A stretch of 64,000 nt of DNA from Devosiaceae bacterium (GTDB lineage Bacteria > Pseudomonadota > Alphaproteobacteria > Rhizobiales > MH13), in assembly GCA_045105395.1 (NCBI GenBank), contig JBGCDM010000007.1, positions 11,440-75,439 of the forward strand, given 5' to 3'. A program made the position numbers and the translations under genes. Positions 9,489 to 19,332 of this stretch are shown here, piece after piece; position 1 is the first letter of the stretch, and each line of letters starts with the position of its first letter. A model generated the notes under the pieces. That model did no database searches and was not told the DNA's origin. It saw only the letters and a program-made list of their open reading frames with translations.

Positions 9489-9491
9489 TGG

Positions 9492-11381
9492 TTAGCTTTG
9501 CTCCAACCTTTTGGACGCCTTTTCGCGCACACGGTGGTCGCGCAGCAGCGCTTCAATGGCGGCCTCATCGGACTTATCCGAATAGCGGAACTCGCTGTCA
9601 GCATATCGATTGATCTCCTGCAAGATGAAATCCATCGAAATTGGCTTTTGCAGCTCTTCGATCATCGCCAGCTTCTCATCATAGCCCTTTTGCAAGAAGG
9701 CCTCTGGCTGCTCAAACCATGCGTCTGGCAACTCCACATCCATCGCGCGGTACTTAATAGCATCGGTAACATTCTTGATGGCGCGACCTGTGAAACGTGG
9801 CTCGGCCTCTTTAATTGCATGAAGATCAAGGCCGACATCACCGATGGTTTTCGGTTGCCCATGCTCCCGTGTGTATCGCTCCCACACCGCCAGAAGGCCG
9901 TCTTCTTTTGGCTGGTTGTGTTGTGCGTAAGATTTGGCCACTGCCTGCTTCAATGCTTGATCTGCAAAGAAGTCATCCTGGCCCAAAGGCACGTCATGCT
10001 TCTTGCCTAAGAGCAGATGGAAAATGTCGATATAATCGTTTTCCGTTTGCGGCCCGTCCACCAGCCACCTGGCACCGGCACGCTGGCGCAGCGCATCGTC
10101 AACCTTCTCTGGATAGTTGGAAAACATGCCAAAACTTGAGTTACCCCGTATCACAGTTTCCGCGCCGGAGAATGCGCCCATCAGAACACCCGTAACCTCT
10201 TGTTGTCCTGAGGAACTTTGCCGATCATCACGCTTGCCTGCCACCTGATCGATGTCATCAATAGTGCCAAAACCAATGGCTTTGGGGTCTAAGACACGGT
10301 CAATGAAAGCCCGGCAGTTTTGGCCCGATTTGCCCTGGTATTCTGATATCTGATCGATACCAAAATTCTCATAAACAAACGGGTATCCAGCGATGTCGCA
10401 ATAGTCCTTCACCAGGCCTGCGGTCATCTGGATGAGGGTGGTCTTTCCGGTACCGGGAAAACCATCACCCACGAAGGTGAAGAGGAACCCGCCAAGCTCA
10501 ACGAAGGGGTTCTTCTGCCGCTCAAAATCATAGGCGACAAGCATTTTGGCAAGCTTGATAGCCTGGGCTTTGGCGATGTGGTTGCCGACCACTTCATGCA
10601 CTTGTTTGAACTGCATGACCAAAGGTTTGCGCCCCTTGGTAGAGGCCGAGCGCTCAAACCCGCGTACATGAAAATCATCCGCCTCAATGGCGTAGGTGCG
10701 CGCGAGATAAGCTTGCAAGCTATCGCCCATAATGCGGTGGGCATCGCCCTCCACGCGGTCAATCACATCGGCCATTGCGCGCGCAATGCGCGGACCTAAG
10801 TCTTCATCATCCACAGCATCCGTGGCCGCCTTAGCCACTTGAGCCACCACAAAACTCAAAGCATCAGTAGCTGTGTCGTAGCTTGGCTCGCCCAGCGCCG
10901 TTGGTTCCCCAGCTGGAGCATCGCCTAAAGCGTGAAGAAAATGGCTGGCCGCAATAAAGCTTGCCACTAACGCCCGCGCGCGAACAAGCGAGCGAAAGGT
11001 ACTCTCATCAGTCGCTGACAAACCGGAGGTGCGCTTTTTCTCGCCAAGATCGAGATAGCCCAGCGGCTCAATAAAGAACTCCGATACCGTCATACCAACA
11101 GCAAGCGCACGACGTAGGCTGACCAATATGCCGTGCTCGCGAGTCGATAGCAGCGGATCATCGCCGCCCGATTTCCGCAGCGCCGCTTCAAGGTTTGCGC
11201 GCACACGGCGGGTCGGCGCAGCACTGCCTGCAATGGGCGAGACAAAGCGTGTGCGTCCCAGTTGTTCTGGCGCGCGCGGCAATGCCTCTTCCACCTCAGC
11301 ATTTTCCATCAAACCAAGGGCCGCAGGATAAGCCTCAACAATGCGTGCTTCAGGAATGCGAACCGAACTGGCGTCGATCAT
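9492..11381 (-). CDS. AAA+ ATPase (classical AAA module) with a ~300-aa unique N-terminal domain (third gene of the operon)
   Basis: Walker A is GDGFPGTGKTT (aa ~305-315, nt ~10437-10469). Walker B is GFGTIDDID (aa ~371-378). An SRH-like segment SNYPEKVDDALRQRAGAR corresponds to TNRPxxLDxALxRxGRF of classical AAA proteins. The start ATG lies 2 nt after the upstream stop (TGAttATG). Confidence 0.85.
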   Translation of the reverse strand: MIDASSVRIPEARIVEAYPAALGLMENAEVEEALPRAPEQLGRTRFVSPIAGSAAPTRRVRANLEAALRKSGGDDPLLSTREHGILVSLRRALAVGMTVSEFFIEPLGYLDLGEKKRTSGLSATDESTFRSLVRARALVASFIAASHFLHALGDAPAGEPTALGEPSYDTATDALSFVVAQVAKAATDAVDDEDLGPRIARAMADVIDRVEGDAHRIMGDSLQAYLARTYAIEADDFHVRGFERSASTKGRKPLVMQFKQVHEVVGNHIAKAQAIKLAKMLVAYDFERQKNPFVELGGFLFTFVGDGFPGTGKTTLIQMTAGLVKDYCDIAGYPFVYENFGIDQISEYQGKSGQNCRAFIDRVLDPKAIGFGTIDDIDQVAGKRDDRQSSSGQQEVTGVLMGAFSGAETVIRGNSSFGMFSNYPEKVDDALRQRAGARWLVDGPQTENDYIDIFHLLLGKKHDVPLGQDDFFADQALKQAVAKSYAQHNQPKEDGLLAVWERYTREHGQPKTIGDVGLDLHAIKEAEPRFTGRAIKNVTDAIKYRAMDVELPDAWFEQPEAFLQKGYDEKLAMIEELQKPISMDFILQEINRYADSEFRYSDKSDEAAIEALLRDHRVREKASKRLEQS

Positions 11382-11383
11382 AA

Positions 11384-12397
11384 TCAGATATCCTCGAACA
11401 GCTTGCCATCAGGCGACAGCGAATGGATGCGCATGCCACGCATCAGCGTATCGATGCCGCCTTTGGTGGCCATTAATTTCTGGTGGGCGCGATGCGGCAG
11501 CAAAGCATGCGCCCGCGAGGCACTGGCGCCACGTTCAGTGGCAAGCCCATCAGTGGTGTCGACAGCGTAGGTTTCGCGATAACGCGTGGGTGCAAGAAAC
11601 CAACTTTTGGTCTCTTCAGTACCAACCGAGATAACCTCATCAACATGCCAAACAAACATCCAGGCATCATCAACGGGAAGATCAGCAAACAATGGTGCAA
11701 AGGCTGGCGGTAGATCCATAAACACGGGCGAGTAAAATGGCCCCAAGGTCCATCGCTTCATCCGTTTGAGCGCAATGTCGTCAAACGCATCATCAAACTC
11801 AATGGCCGATGCCAGCGGGGTAAATCCGCTGCCTGAGAACTTGCGTGCCAGAGCCTGCATTTCTGTGTGGGGGAACGCTCGTGGCTGGCGATATTCAATC
11901 CAGGCCTGCGTAAAGACCGGCTTATTGGTGCTGCCATCCCAATGGTCCCAGGAAAGTTGCTTTAGCCGCCCCTCATCCTGCGGTTGTAGCGAGCGCCCTT
12001 CAGGCCAGAAAATCGGCAGCGCACCGCGCACCGCCTCCTGGTAGATCGCTCGGCCAATCTCCTGCAGTTGAAGCTTCCGTGGCACACGCCGACGTTCCAT
12101 CATCTGGTTCAGCAACCGCTCACGCAGATAGGCAGAGCTTTGCTCTGGCTCAGCGCGCGCTTTCACATCACGCGCGAGGGCAATAATATCGGCCAATATC
12201 GGTAAGCCGCTATCATTGCGGTCAGCGCGCACCGGCAAACCGCCAGCATCACGCTTATCGAGCAAGTCAAAAGAAGCGTCTATGCGCGCAGCAATATCCA
12301 CCAACACAGTGTCAGAAGATTGTAAAAGCCCCGCCGTCACGCGGCGCAGTGCTTCAAAATAGACGCGCCGAACATCCGGCATTACCGAAGCATTCAT
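11384..12397 (-). CDS. Hypothetical cytoplasmic protein, 337 aa (second gene of the operon)
   Basis: The ATG at 12397 lies 18 nt after the stop of the first gene. There is no TM segment and no recognisable motif. The tight coupling to the downstream AAA gene supports it as a real CDS. Confidence 0.7.
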   Translation of the reverse strand: MNASVMPDVRRVYFEALRRVTAGLLQSSDTVLVDIAARIDASFDLLDKRDAGGLPVRADRNDSGLPILADIIALARDVKARAEPEQSSAYLRERLLNQMMERRRVPRKLQLQEIGRAIYQEAVRGALPIFWPEGRSLQPQDEGRLKQLSWDHWDGSTNKPVFTQAWIEYRQPRAFPHTEMQALARKFSGSGFTPLASAIEFDDAFDDIALKRMKRWTLGPFYSPVFMDLPPAFAPLFADLPVDDAWMFVWHVDEVISVGTEETKSWFLAPTRYRETYAVDTTDGLATERGASASRAHALLPHRAHQKLMATKGGIDTLMRGMRIHSLSPDGKLFEDI

Positions 12398-12415
12398 CGG
12401 ATGATACGCTGCCAG

Positions 12416-13501
12416 TTATTCAACATATTTTCCAGATTCAACCTGCTCGACAATCTTGCCAAATCGGCGCGCAAATTCGGCATTGGCAAGGTCTGCCTTC
12501 TGGCGAATATCTTGCGTGCGCTTCATGTAGATCTCATGAGCTTCCATCATAGAAACAATGCGGTTTTCCGATGAAATGCCAATCTGCGTGATCATAGCTT
12601 CGGCTTGCGCATCGGTTTCCCGACCCACATCATCAATACGGTGACCAATGTTTTGCTGGGCGGAAGTACGCAAGGATTCCACCAACGCATCATACATGAT
12701 GGTGCGCTGCTCTGTGTCGATGTTGAGTTTGGAAATCAGCGTTTGCTGTGCAGCTTTTTGTTTGGCCAGACTCTCGACATAATTGGCATAGATGGCGCCA
12801 TAGCGCTCAAAGCTCTGCTGTGTCGCCACCAGTTCTTGCTTCTTGGCCGTCGCTTCATTGTAGGCATTGGCAAGCTGGGCGCGCTCTGCCTGATGCGCTT
12901 TAAGCGCTTCACCGGTTGCATCAGCAATTTGCGCATCAATGGCAGAGATTTGCGGTGCAAGAACATCAAGCTGCGCATCGGTCTCTTCGATAGAGCGTGC
13001 TGTCACTTGCGCGCGCTCAAGCACATCGGCCTGAGCGTTTTTCGATTTATCCAAACGATCATCGATCACCGCCAGTTGCTCTTCAAGCAGGCCGCGAATG
13101 ATTTCTGATTTTTCAATCAGATTATTGAGATTGGAGCGGATGTCGGCATTGCGGATGCGCGATGTTTTCATTTCTTCGGCGCGGCGCTTGGAAAAAATAC
13201 TCCACAGCTTCTCACCAAATGTGCTTTCACTCATCGACTTGAATTCAGAGCCAAAGGATTGGGTGATTTCATCAAGCCCATAAACAAGCGAAGCAATATT
13301 GCCTTGCAGCTTGTCTTCATTTTCGACCACAGACTTAAAGTCCTGATCGTCAATGTTCACATCAATTGTCTGCATCTGGCTTTCGCCAAGCACGGCGCCA
13401 AGACGTTCATCAATTTTAGACTGAGTGGAGTTGATTTCCTGGACCTGGGAGCGGGTCTCAGCAATACCACGCTCCAATTCGTCAAACTTTGCCCGTGCCA
13501 T
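12416..13501 (-). CDS. Long alpha-helical/coiled-coil protein, possibly TelA-like or PspA-like (first gene of the operon)
   Basis: 361-aa ORF starting at the ATG at 13501. It is rich in Glu/Gln/Ala/Leu/Ile with heptad-like periodicity throughout (e.g. DAQLDVLAPQISAIDAQIADATGEALKAHQAERAQLANAYNEATAKKQELVATQQSFERY) and has no TM helix. Size and composition resemble TelA-type proteins, but that is unverified. Confidence 0.7.
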   Translation of the reverse strand: MARAKFDELERGIAETRSQVQEINSTQSKIDERLGAVLGESQMQTIDVNIDDQDFKSVVENEDKLQGNIASLVYGLDEITQSFGSEFKSMSESTFGEKLWSIFSKRRAEEMKTSRIRNADIRSNLNNLIEKSEIIRGLLEEQLAVIDDRLDKSKNAQADVLERAQVTARSIEETDAQLDVLAPQISAIDAQIADATGEALKAHQAERAQLANAYNEATAKKQELVATQQSFERYGAIYANYVESLAKQKAAQQTLISKLNIDTEQRTIMYDALVESLRTSAQQNIGHRIDDVGRETDAQAEAMITQIGISSENRIVSMMEAHEIYMKRTQDIRQKADLANAEFARRFGKIVEQVESGKYVE

Positions 13502-13661
13502 TTTGGTCCATTCCCCTGCTCATGTGTGCGCTTGGCGCTGTGATTAATGATACTTAGTGATGATTTGGCGGTTTTCACCGACGTTCAAGCGACTTAAGAC
13601 GAAAGTTGCTCCGTAAGGAAGTGATCCAACAGTCCAAAAACGTATTTAAGGACCCACTCGC

Positions 13662-15218
13662 ATGCCAAACGCCCCGCAAGAGCGAACGCCACAAGCTGTA
13701 GACCTGTTTGTCATCGGTGGTGGCATCAATGGTGCTGGTGTTGCGCGCGATGCGGTTGGGCGCGGTTATTCTGTTTTACTGGTGGAAATGGGCGATATTG
13801 CCAGCGCAACATCCAGTTGGTCCACCAAGCTCATTCATGGAGGCCTACGCTATCTTGAGCATAACGAGTTTGCTCTGGTACGCGCATCGCTTATCGAACG
13901 CGCGCGTCTGCTATCGGTCGCCTCACACCTTGTCTCTCCACTTCGGTTTGTTTTGCCCCATGGCTCAGGCATGCGCCCGGCGTGGCTCATCAGGCTTGGG
14001 CTGTTTCTCTATGATAACTTGTCCATGAGCCGTAAGGTGCCTGGCTCTAAGGGCATCAACCTTGCCTCTGATGCGGCAGGCAAAGTTTTAAAGCCAGCAA
14101 TGCGCACCCGCGGCTTCACCTATTATGATTGCCGCGTGGATGATGTGCGCCTCACTTTGGCAAACTTGGCTGATGCTGCCAAACGTGGAGCCTCTATCAA
14201 GCCACGCACAAAGCTCATTGGTGCCAGTGTGAGCGATGGTTTATGGAAGCTAACATTGGAACGCCAAGATGATGGGGTGCGCTATGAGGTGCATGCCCGC
14301 CACGTGGTCAACACGGCTGGCCCGTGGGCCGATAAAGTGGCCCACCTTCTTACCGGATCAAACTCCCCCATCGGCCTGCGCCTTGTGCGCGGCTCGCACC
14401 TGGTTGTGCGCAAACCTGCAGGCTTAGATGATGCCTATTTAATGCAGCAGCCTGATGGGCGCGTTGTGTTCATCATACCTTATGAGGGTGACTATGCCCT
14501 GCTTGGCACCACCGATGCTGACCATATCGATCCTGCCGATGTTGAAATCTCGCCTGAAGAAACAGAATATCTTTTGGAAGCAGCCAACCTATACATGGAC
14601 AGGCCGCTGACCCGTGATGACATCGCTTGGACATTTGCTGGCGTACGCCCTCTGCTTGATGATGGATCAGACAATGCGCAAGAGGTGACGCGCGATTACA
14701 AAATTCTGACCAAAAAGCACCTAGCTGCCGGCATGACCAATGTGTTTGGCGGCAAGCTAACAACCTTCCGTACCTTGTCGCAGAAGGTCGTTGACGACAT
14801 TGCCGAAGTTACAGCGCCTACATCCCATGGCATGGAAAGTGGATGGACAGGATACACAGCATTCGATGATGCTTTTGTGGACGATGTATCGCGCAAAGCA
14901 GTATTGGATCAGGTGCGTGAAAGCCTATCGCAGGGCCTAAGTGTGGTGGACGCTGCCGCCCACGCAGACCGTCTGGTGGGTATGTATGGGCGCTCAGCTC
15001 AGTCGCTGGCGGGCATTATTGGTGCCGCCAAAGAAGCACCGCTTGAGGCAGGCTTATTCCCCGCTGAAGTGAGCCACATGGTTGAGCACGAATGGGTGCG
15101 CACGGCAGAAGACGCGCTGTTCCGCCGTTGCAAGCTGGGCATCGGCAAACCGCAATCAGCTTTTGATCAAGTGCAGGCGCTTATCGATAACGCCCTTGCC
15201 AAAAAAGATGCCGCCTAA
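13662..15218 (+). CDS. glpD: FAD-dependent glycerol-3-phosphate dehydrogenase
   Basis: The N-terminus has a dinucleotide fold, DLFVIGGGINGAGVARDAVGRGYSVLLVE, followed by TSSWSTKLIHGGLRYLE. The 518 aa length and the position directly upstream of glpK also fit. Confidence 0.9.
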   Translation: MPNAPQERTPQAVDLFVIGGGINGAGVARDAVGRGYSVLLVEMGDIASATSSWSTKLIHGGLRYLEHNEFALVRASLIERARLLSVASHLVSPLRFVLPHGSGMRPAWLIRLGLFLYDNLSMSRKVPGSKGINLASDAAGKVLKPAMRTRGFTYYDCRVDDVRLTLANLADAAKRGASIKPRTKLIGASVSDGLWKLTLERQDDGVRYEVHARHVVNTAGPWADKVAHLLTGSNSPIGLRLVRGSHLVVRKPAGLDDAYLMQQPDGRVVFIIPYEGDYALLGTTDADHIDPADVEISPEETEYLLEAANLYMDRPLTRDDIAWTFAGVRPLLDDGSDNAQEVTRDYKILTKKHLAAGMTNVFGGKLTTFRTLSQKVVDDIAEVTAPTSHGMESGWTGYTAFDDAFVDDVSRKAVLDQVRESLSQGLSVVDAAAHADRLVGMYGRSAQSLAGIIGAAKEAPLEAGLFPAEVSHMVEHEWVRTAEDALFRRCKLGIGKPQSAFDQVQALIDNALAKKDAA

Positions 15219-15272
15219 GCCGCCGTTTCAAAAGCGCCGCAAGAGCGCAAATCAATACTCGGGAGACCTACC

Positions 15273-16760
15273 ATGAGCTTCATTCTGGCTATCGACCAAG
15301 GCACCACATCAGCCCGTGCTCTGATCTATGATGCGGCGCTTAATGTGGTTGCCAGCGCGCAGGAAGAACTGCCGCAAATTTACCCAGCCGATGGTTGGGT
15401 AGAGCATGATGCCGAAGTCATTTGGAGCTTAGTACAGTCCACTATCAGCACGGCACTGAACAAAGCTGGCAAAGCGCCAAGCGACATGGCGGCCATCGGC
15501 ATCACTAATCAGCGCGAGACGGTCGTCGTGTGGGATAGGTCCACCGGCAAACCAATTGGCAATGCCATTGTTTGGCAAGATCGGCGCACCGCTGAAACAT
15601 GTCGCCGCCTGAAGGCGGATGGCGCAGAGCCTATGGTGCAAGAGCAAACTGGCCTGCTGCTCGATCCCTACTTCTCCGGTTCAAAACTGGCTTGGATGCT
15701 GGACCAGGATCGAAGCCTGCGGACACGCGCATCCAATGGCGAGCTGGCATTTGGTACCATCGACAGCTTCCTGATTTACCGCCTTACCGGCGGCAAACGA
15801 CATGTAACCGATGCAAGCAATGCGTGCCGCACGCTGCTGTTTGATATCGGCACGCAAGGCTGGTCGGATGACCTTTTAAAGCTGTTCAACATTCCTGCCG
15901 CCATGCTGCCTGAGGTTCTTGATTGTGCGGATGATTTCGGCATCACAGACCCATCGGTGTTTGGGGCGTCGGTGCCCATCCTTGGCTGCGCGGGTGATCA
16001 GCATGCTGCAACCATCGGGCAGGCTTGCTTTCAACCAGGCATGGTGAAGGCAACCTATGGCACGGGGCTTTTTGCTGTGCTCAACACCGGTAACGAGCGC
16101 ATCCAGTCAAAGAACCGCTTGCTAACCACCCTCGCCTACAGGCTGGATGGAAAACCCACCTACGCGCTGGAGGGTTCTGTGTTTATTGCTGGCGCCGCCG
16201 TTCAGTGGCTGCGCGATGGCCTCAAAATCATTGAAAACGCGCCGCAGGTGAACGATTTGGCCAACAAAGGCGTTCGCGGGGCAATCACGCTGGTGCCAGC
16301 TTTCGTTGGCCTGGGCGCGCCCTATTGGGATCCAGATGCCCGCGGCGCGATTTACGGCATTACCCGCGACACGGGGCCTGAAGATTTCGCGCACGCAGTG
16401 CTAGAAAGCGTGGCGTTCCAAACCCGTGACCTACTGGATGCGATGGCGCGCGACTGGCCGCAAGGCGAGCGCTCTGTGCTGCGCGTCGACGGCGGCATGA
16501 CCCAATCTGATTTGACGCTACAATTGCTGGCGGACATTCTTGACGCGCCAGTTGAACGACCCAACGATCTAGAAACCACCGTTAAAGGCGCAGCTTATTT
16601 GGCTGGCCTCAAAGCAGGACTTTGCCCCGACATGGAGACGTTTGCCAAAACCTGGCAAAAAGATGCTGAATTCCGCCCAAACCTCGACGAGGAAACGCGC
16701 CAGTTTCATATGGCGAGGTGGCACGACGCAGTTAAGCGCACACTTTCCCAACCCAGCTAA
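15273..16760 (+). CDS. glpK: Glycerol kinase
   Basis: [20 protein letters not shown]...[29 protein letters not shown] is the canonical FGGY/GlpK N-terminus. The protein is 495 aa and has a GGGAGA RBS. Confidence 0.95.
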   Translation: MSFILAIDQGTTSARALIYDAALNVVASAQEELPQIYPADGWVEHDAEVIWSLVQSTISTALNKAGKAPSDMAAIGITNQRETVVVWDRSTGKPIGNAIVWQDRRTAETCRRLKADGAEPMVQEQTGLLLDPYFSGSKLAWMLDQDRSLRTRASNGELAFGTIDSFLIYRLTGGKRHVTDASNACRTLLFDIGTQGWSDDLLKLFNIPAAMLPEVLDCADDFGITDPSVFGASVPILGCAGDQHAATIGQACFQPGMVKATYGTGLFAVLNTGNERIQSKNRLLTTLAYRLDGKPTYALEGSVFIAGAAVQWLRDGLKIIENAPQVNDLANKGVRGAITLVPAFVGLGAPYWDPDARGAIYGITRDTGPEDFAHAVLESVAFQTRDLLDAMARDWPQGERSVLRVDGGMTQSDLTLQLLADILDAPVERPNDLETTVKGAAYLAGLKAGLCPDMETFAKTWQKDAEFRPNLDEETRQFHMARWHDAVKRTLSQPS

Positions 16761-16766
16761 CCTGTA

Positions 16767-17147
16767 TCAATTGGTAAATCGCACCGATGAAACGATCTGC
16801 CAGGTTGCACGGTCAATTTCCAGCACCACAGCACCATCCGTGCTTTGCGCACTCACAAACAAGGAGCGTTCATCCACGCTGGTTCCTACAATCTGCGCGC
16901 CGGGCACACTAGCAACCACAAGCGAACGCACTTCATCGGCACTTAGATTGCTCGGATAGTCAGGCGTCGACGGAATGGCGAGCGCGCGATAGAGGATAAC
17001 GCCCAACACAGCAAAGATGCCCAAAAACATGATACCCGACGATACCAACGACAACCGCTTCATTTTAACCGCGACAGCTTCGAGCCGTGGATCGAGCGGT
17101 TCTTCATCATTTGGATTGTGAGGGGTATTAGGCGTGGAAGATGACAT
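16767..17147 (-). CDS. Small single-pass membrane protein, function unknown
   Basis: 126-aa ORF with an ATG at 17147 (an alternative is the internal MKRLSLV at ~17063). It has one TM helix (VSSGIMFLGIFAVLGVILY). Its stop lies 6 nt from the glpK stop, in convergent orientation. Confidence 0.5.
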   Translation of the reverse strand: MSSSTPNTPHNPNDEEPLDPRLEAVAVKMKRLSLVSSGIMFLGIFAVLGVILYRALAIPSTPDYPSNLSADEVRSLVVASVPGAQIVGTSVDERSLFVSAQSTDGAVVLEIDRATWQIVSSVRFTN

Positions 17148-18174
17148 CAGCGTAGCAGTCCTTGAAGAGAGGAGCGATGGAACATCGCTTCTGCGCCTTC
17201 AAGCATCAGAAAGCGAACGGAGCAAGCGGCTGGATGCCACGCTAGCAGCTCACGCAGAGGGCACAGGCCTTTCGCGCAGCCGCATCACCACGCTCATCAA
17301 AGACCAATATTGCACTGTAAACGGCACGACTTTTACCAATGCTGCGGCCAAAATAAAAGGTGGTGAACAGATAGAACTGCTTATCCCGCAGGCAGAAGAC
17401 CCAACACCGCAGCCTGAAGCGATACCTCTGGATATCTTGTTCGAGGATGATCAGCTAATCGTGCTCAATAAACCCGCCGGACTGGTTGTGCATCCCGGTG
17501 CAGGCAACCCATCAGGTACCCTGGTCAACGCCCTGCTACACCATTGCGGCGATAGCCTTGCTGGCATTGGTGGGGTTAAGCGCCCGGGCCTGGTGCACCG
17601 GCTGGATAAAGACACGTCTGGCGTTATGGTTGTGGCGAAAACCGACCAGGCCCACCAGCATCTCTCAAAACAATTTGCTGACCATGGCCGTACCAATGAT
17701 CTGGAACGGATCTACACAGCCTTTGTTTGGGGCGGGACAAAAACGCAATTCACCGTTGATGCCCCGATCGGGCGCGATCGCGCCAACCGGCTCAAAATGG
17801 CTGTTTCCAAGCGCCCAGATGCGCGCGAAGCCGTAACACATGGCCAGCGTATCGAAAGTTTTGGCGATCCTGAAAGACCTGCTGTCAGCAAAATAACTTG
17901 CCAATTGGAAACAGGCCGCACCCACCAAATTCGCGTCCACATGGCCCATATCGGCCATGGCGTCGTTGGTGATCCAGACTATGGCAGAGGCGGAAGAACC
18001 CGTGCAAACACGTTTGAAGATCCTATAAAAGAGGCGCTCTTGGCCTTCCCACGGCAGGCCTTGCAGGCCAAAACCCTACAATTCACCCATCCAAAGAGCG
18101 ATGAAATCATGCGCTTTGAAGTGGAATTAGACAAACAATTACAAGAACTTGAGACACAGCTCTCGCAAGAGTGA
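17134..18174 (+). CDS. rluD: RluA-family 23S rRNA pseudouridine synthase (RluD-like)
   Basis: An S4-like N-terminus (RLDATLA...SRSRITTLIKDQYCTVNG) is followed by the catalytic motif HRLDKDTSGVMVVAK and the C-terminal motif TGRTHQIRVHMAHIGH. The start is GTG and overlaps the divergent ORF by 14 nt, so the start is uncertain. Confidence 0.85.
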   Translation: MEDDISVAVLEERSDGTSLLRLQASESERSKRLDATLAAHAEGTGLSRSRITTLIKDQYCTVNGTTFTNAAAKIKGGEQIELLIPQAEDPTPQPEAIPLDILFEDDQLIVLNKPAGLVVHPGAGNPSGTLVNALLHHCGDSLAGIGGVKRPGLVHRLDKDTSGVMVVAKTDQAHQHLSKQFADHGRTNDLERIYTAFVWGGTKTQFTVDAPIGRDRANRLKMAVSKRPDAREAVTHGQRIESFGDPERPAVSKITCQLETGRTHQIRVHMAHIGHGVVGDPDYGRGGRTRANTFEDPIKEALLAFPRQALQAKTLQFTHPKSDEIMRFEVELDKQLQELETQLSQE

Positions 18175-18314
18175 ACAACTTGTAATGATGTTAGCCCCTG
18201 TTTTGGCCAATTCCATACCTATATCCAACTCTCAAACTTAGAGCTGCTTAACCATAAGGGCTCATAACCTCTCGCCACTTTTGGGAGAGACGAAAAAAAG
18301 GGAGCGGGCAAAAC

Positions 18315-19205
18315 ATGGCACAATCAGTTTCCAATCTTCCATCCATTGATGGCGGTTTATCTGGCTATCTTACCGAAATTCGTAAGTTTCCGATGCTTGA
18401 GCCGGACCAGGAGTTCATGCTGGCAAAACGCTTTGCCGAACACCAAGATTCTGGCGCAGCCCACCAACTTGTCACCAGCCATTTGCGCTTGGTGGCCAAA
18501 ATAGCCATGGGCTATCGCGGCTACGGCTTACCAATCGGTGAAGTTGTTTCCGAGGGCAATGTTGGCCTCATGCAGGCTGTGAAGCGCTTTGATCCCGATA
18601 GAGGATTTCGCCTGGCGACCTATGCCATGTGGTGGATCAAAGCATCGATCCAGGAGTATATTCTGCGCTCGTGGAGCCTTGTGAAAATGGGCACCACGGC
18701 CAATCAGAAAAGACTGTTCTTCAATCTTCGTAAGGTGAAAGGCAAGATTTCTGCGCTTGAAGATGGTGACCTGAAACCCGATCAAGTGACCGAAATTGCA
18801 ACGCGCTTAAACGTATCTGAAGCCGAAGTGATTTCAATGAACCGTCGTTTGGGCGGTGACACGTCACTTAACGCGACAGTGCGCCAAGATTCTGAAAGCC
18901 TGGAATGGCAGGACTGGCTGGTGGATGACACCGACAGCCAAGAAGTCATGCTGATCGACAGCGAAGAGAAGGACAACCGCCGCTCCATGCTGCGCGAGTC
19001 CCTTGATGTGCTCAATGAGCGCGAGCGCCGTATTTTTGAGATGCGTCGCCTGTCGGAAGATTCCATGACACTTGAGGAGCTATCTCAAGAGTTTGGTGTT
19101 AGCCGAGAGCGTGTGCGCCAAATCGAAGTGCGGGCCTTTGAAAAGGTTCAGGAAGCGGTAGTTGCCGCTTCAACCATGCTGGAAGAGCGTGGTGTGGAGG
19201 CGTAA
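18315..19205 (+). CDS. rpoH: RNA polymerase sigma-32 (heat-shock sigma factor)
   Basis: Sigma-70 regions 2-4 are present, plus the RpoH box (TTANQKRLFFNLRKVK). The protein is 296 aa and is followed by a strong terminator. Confidence 0.9.
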   Translation: MAQSVSNLPSIDGGLSGYLTEIRKFPMLEPDQEFMLAKRFAEHQDSGAAHQLVTSHLRLVAKIAMGYRGYGLPIGEVVSEGNVGLMQAVKRFDPDRGFRLATYAMWWIKASIQEYILRSWSLVKMGTTANQKRLFFNLRKVKGKISALEDGDLKPDQVTEIATRLNVSEAEVISMNRRLGGDTSLNATVRQDSESLEWQDWLVDDTDSQEVMLIDSEEKDNRRSMLRESLDVLNERERRIFEMRRLSEDSMTLEELSQEFGVSRERVRQIEVRAFEKVQEAVVAASTMLEERGVEA

Positions 19206-19246
19206 GCCAAGCACAGCCGAGCGCCCAACACCAATAATTACAAAGC

Positions 19247-19279
19247 CCGGCATCGTGACCCACGATGCCGGACTTTTTT
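19247..19279 (+). terminator. Rho-independent terminator of rpoH
   Basis: An 11-bp perfect stem, ccggcatcgtg (19247-19257) pairing with cacgatgccgg (19261-19271), has a 3-nt loop and is followed by a T6 run (19274-19279). Confidence 0.85.
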
Positions 19280-19332
19280 GATCGATATGCAGACCGACGG
19301 GCCATTGCCAACGGTTGCCAAATTTTCGCTCT

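Noticed and set aside
17134-17147. 14-nt overlap between the 5' ends of the divergent rluD-like gene and the 126-aa membrane ORF
   Set aside because: This is most likely start-codon ambiguity. The rluD-like start is GTG, and the small ORF has an internal Met at ~17063 that gives a more typical N-terminus. It is not treated as a biological overlap.
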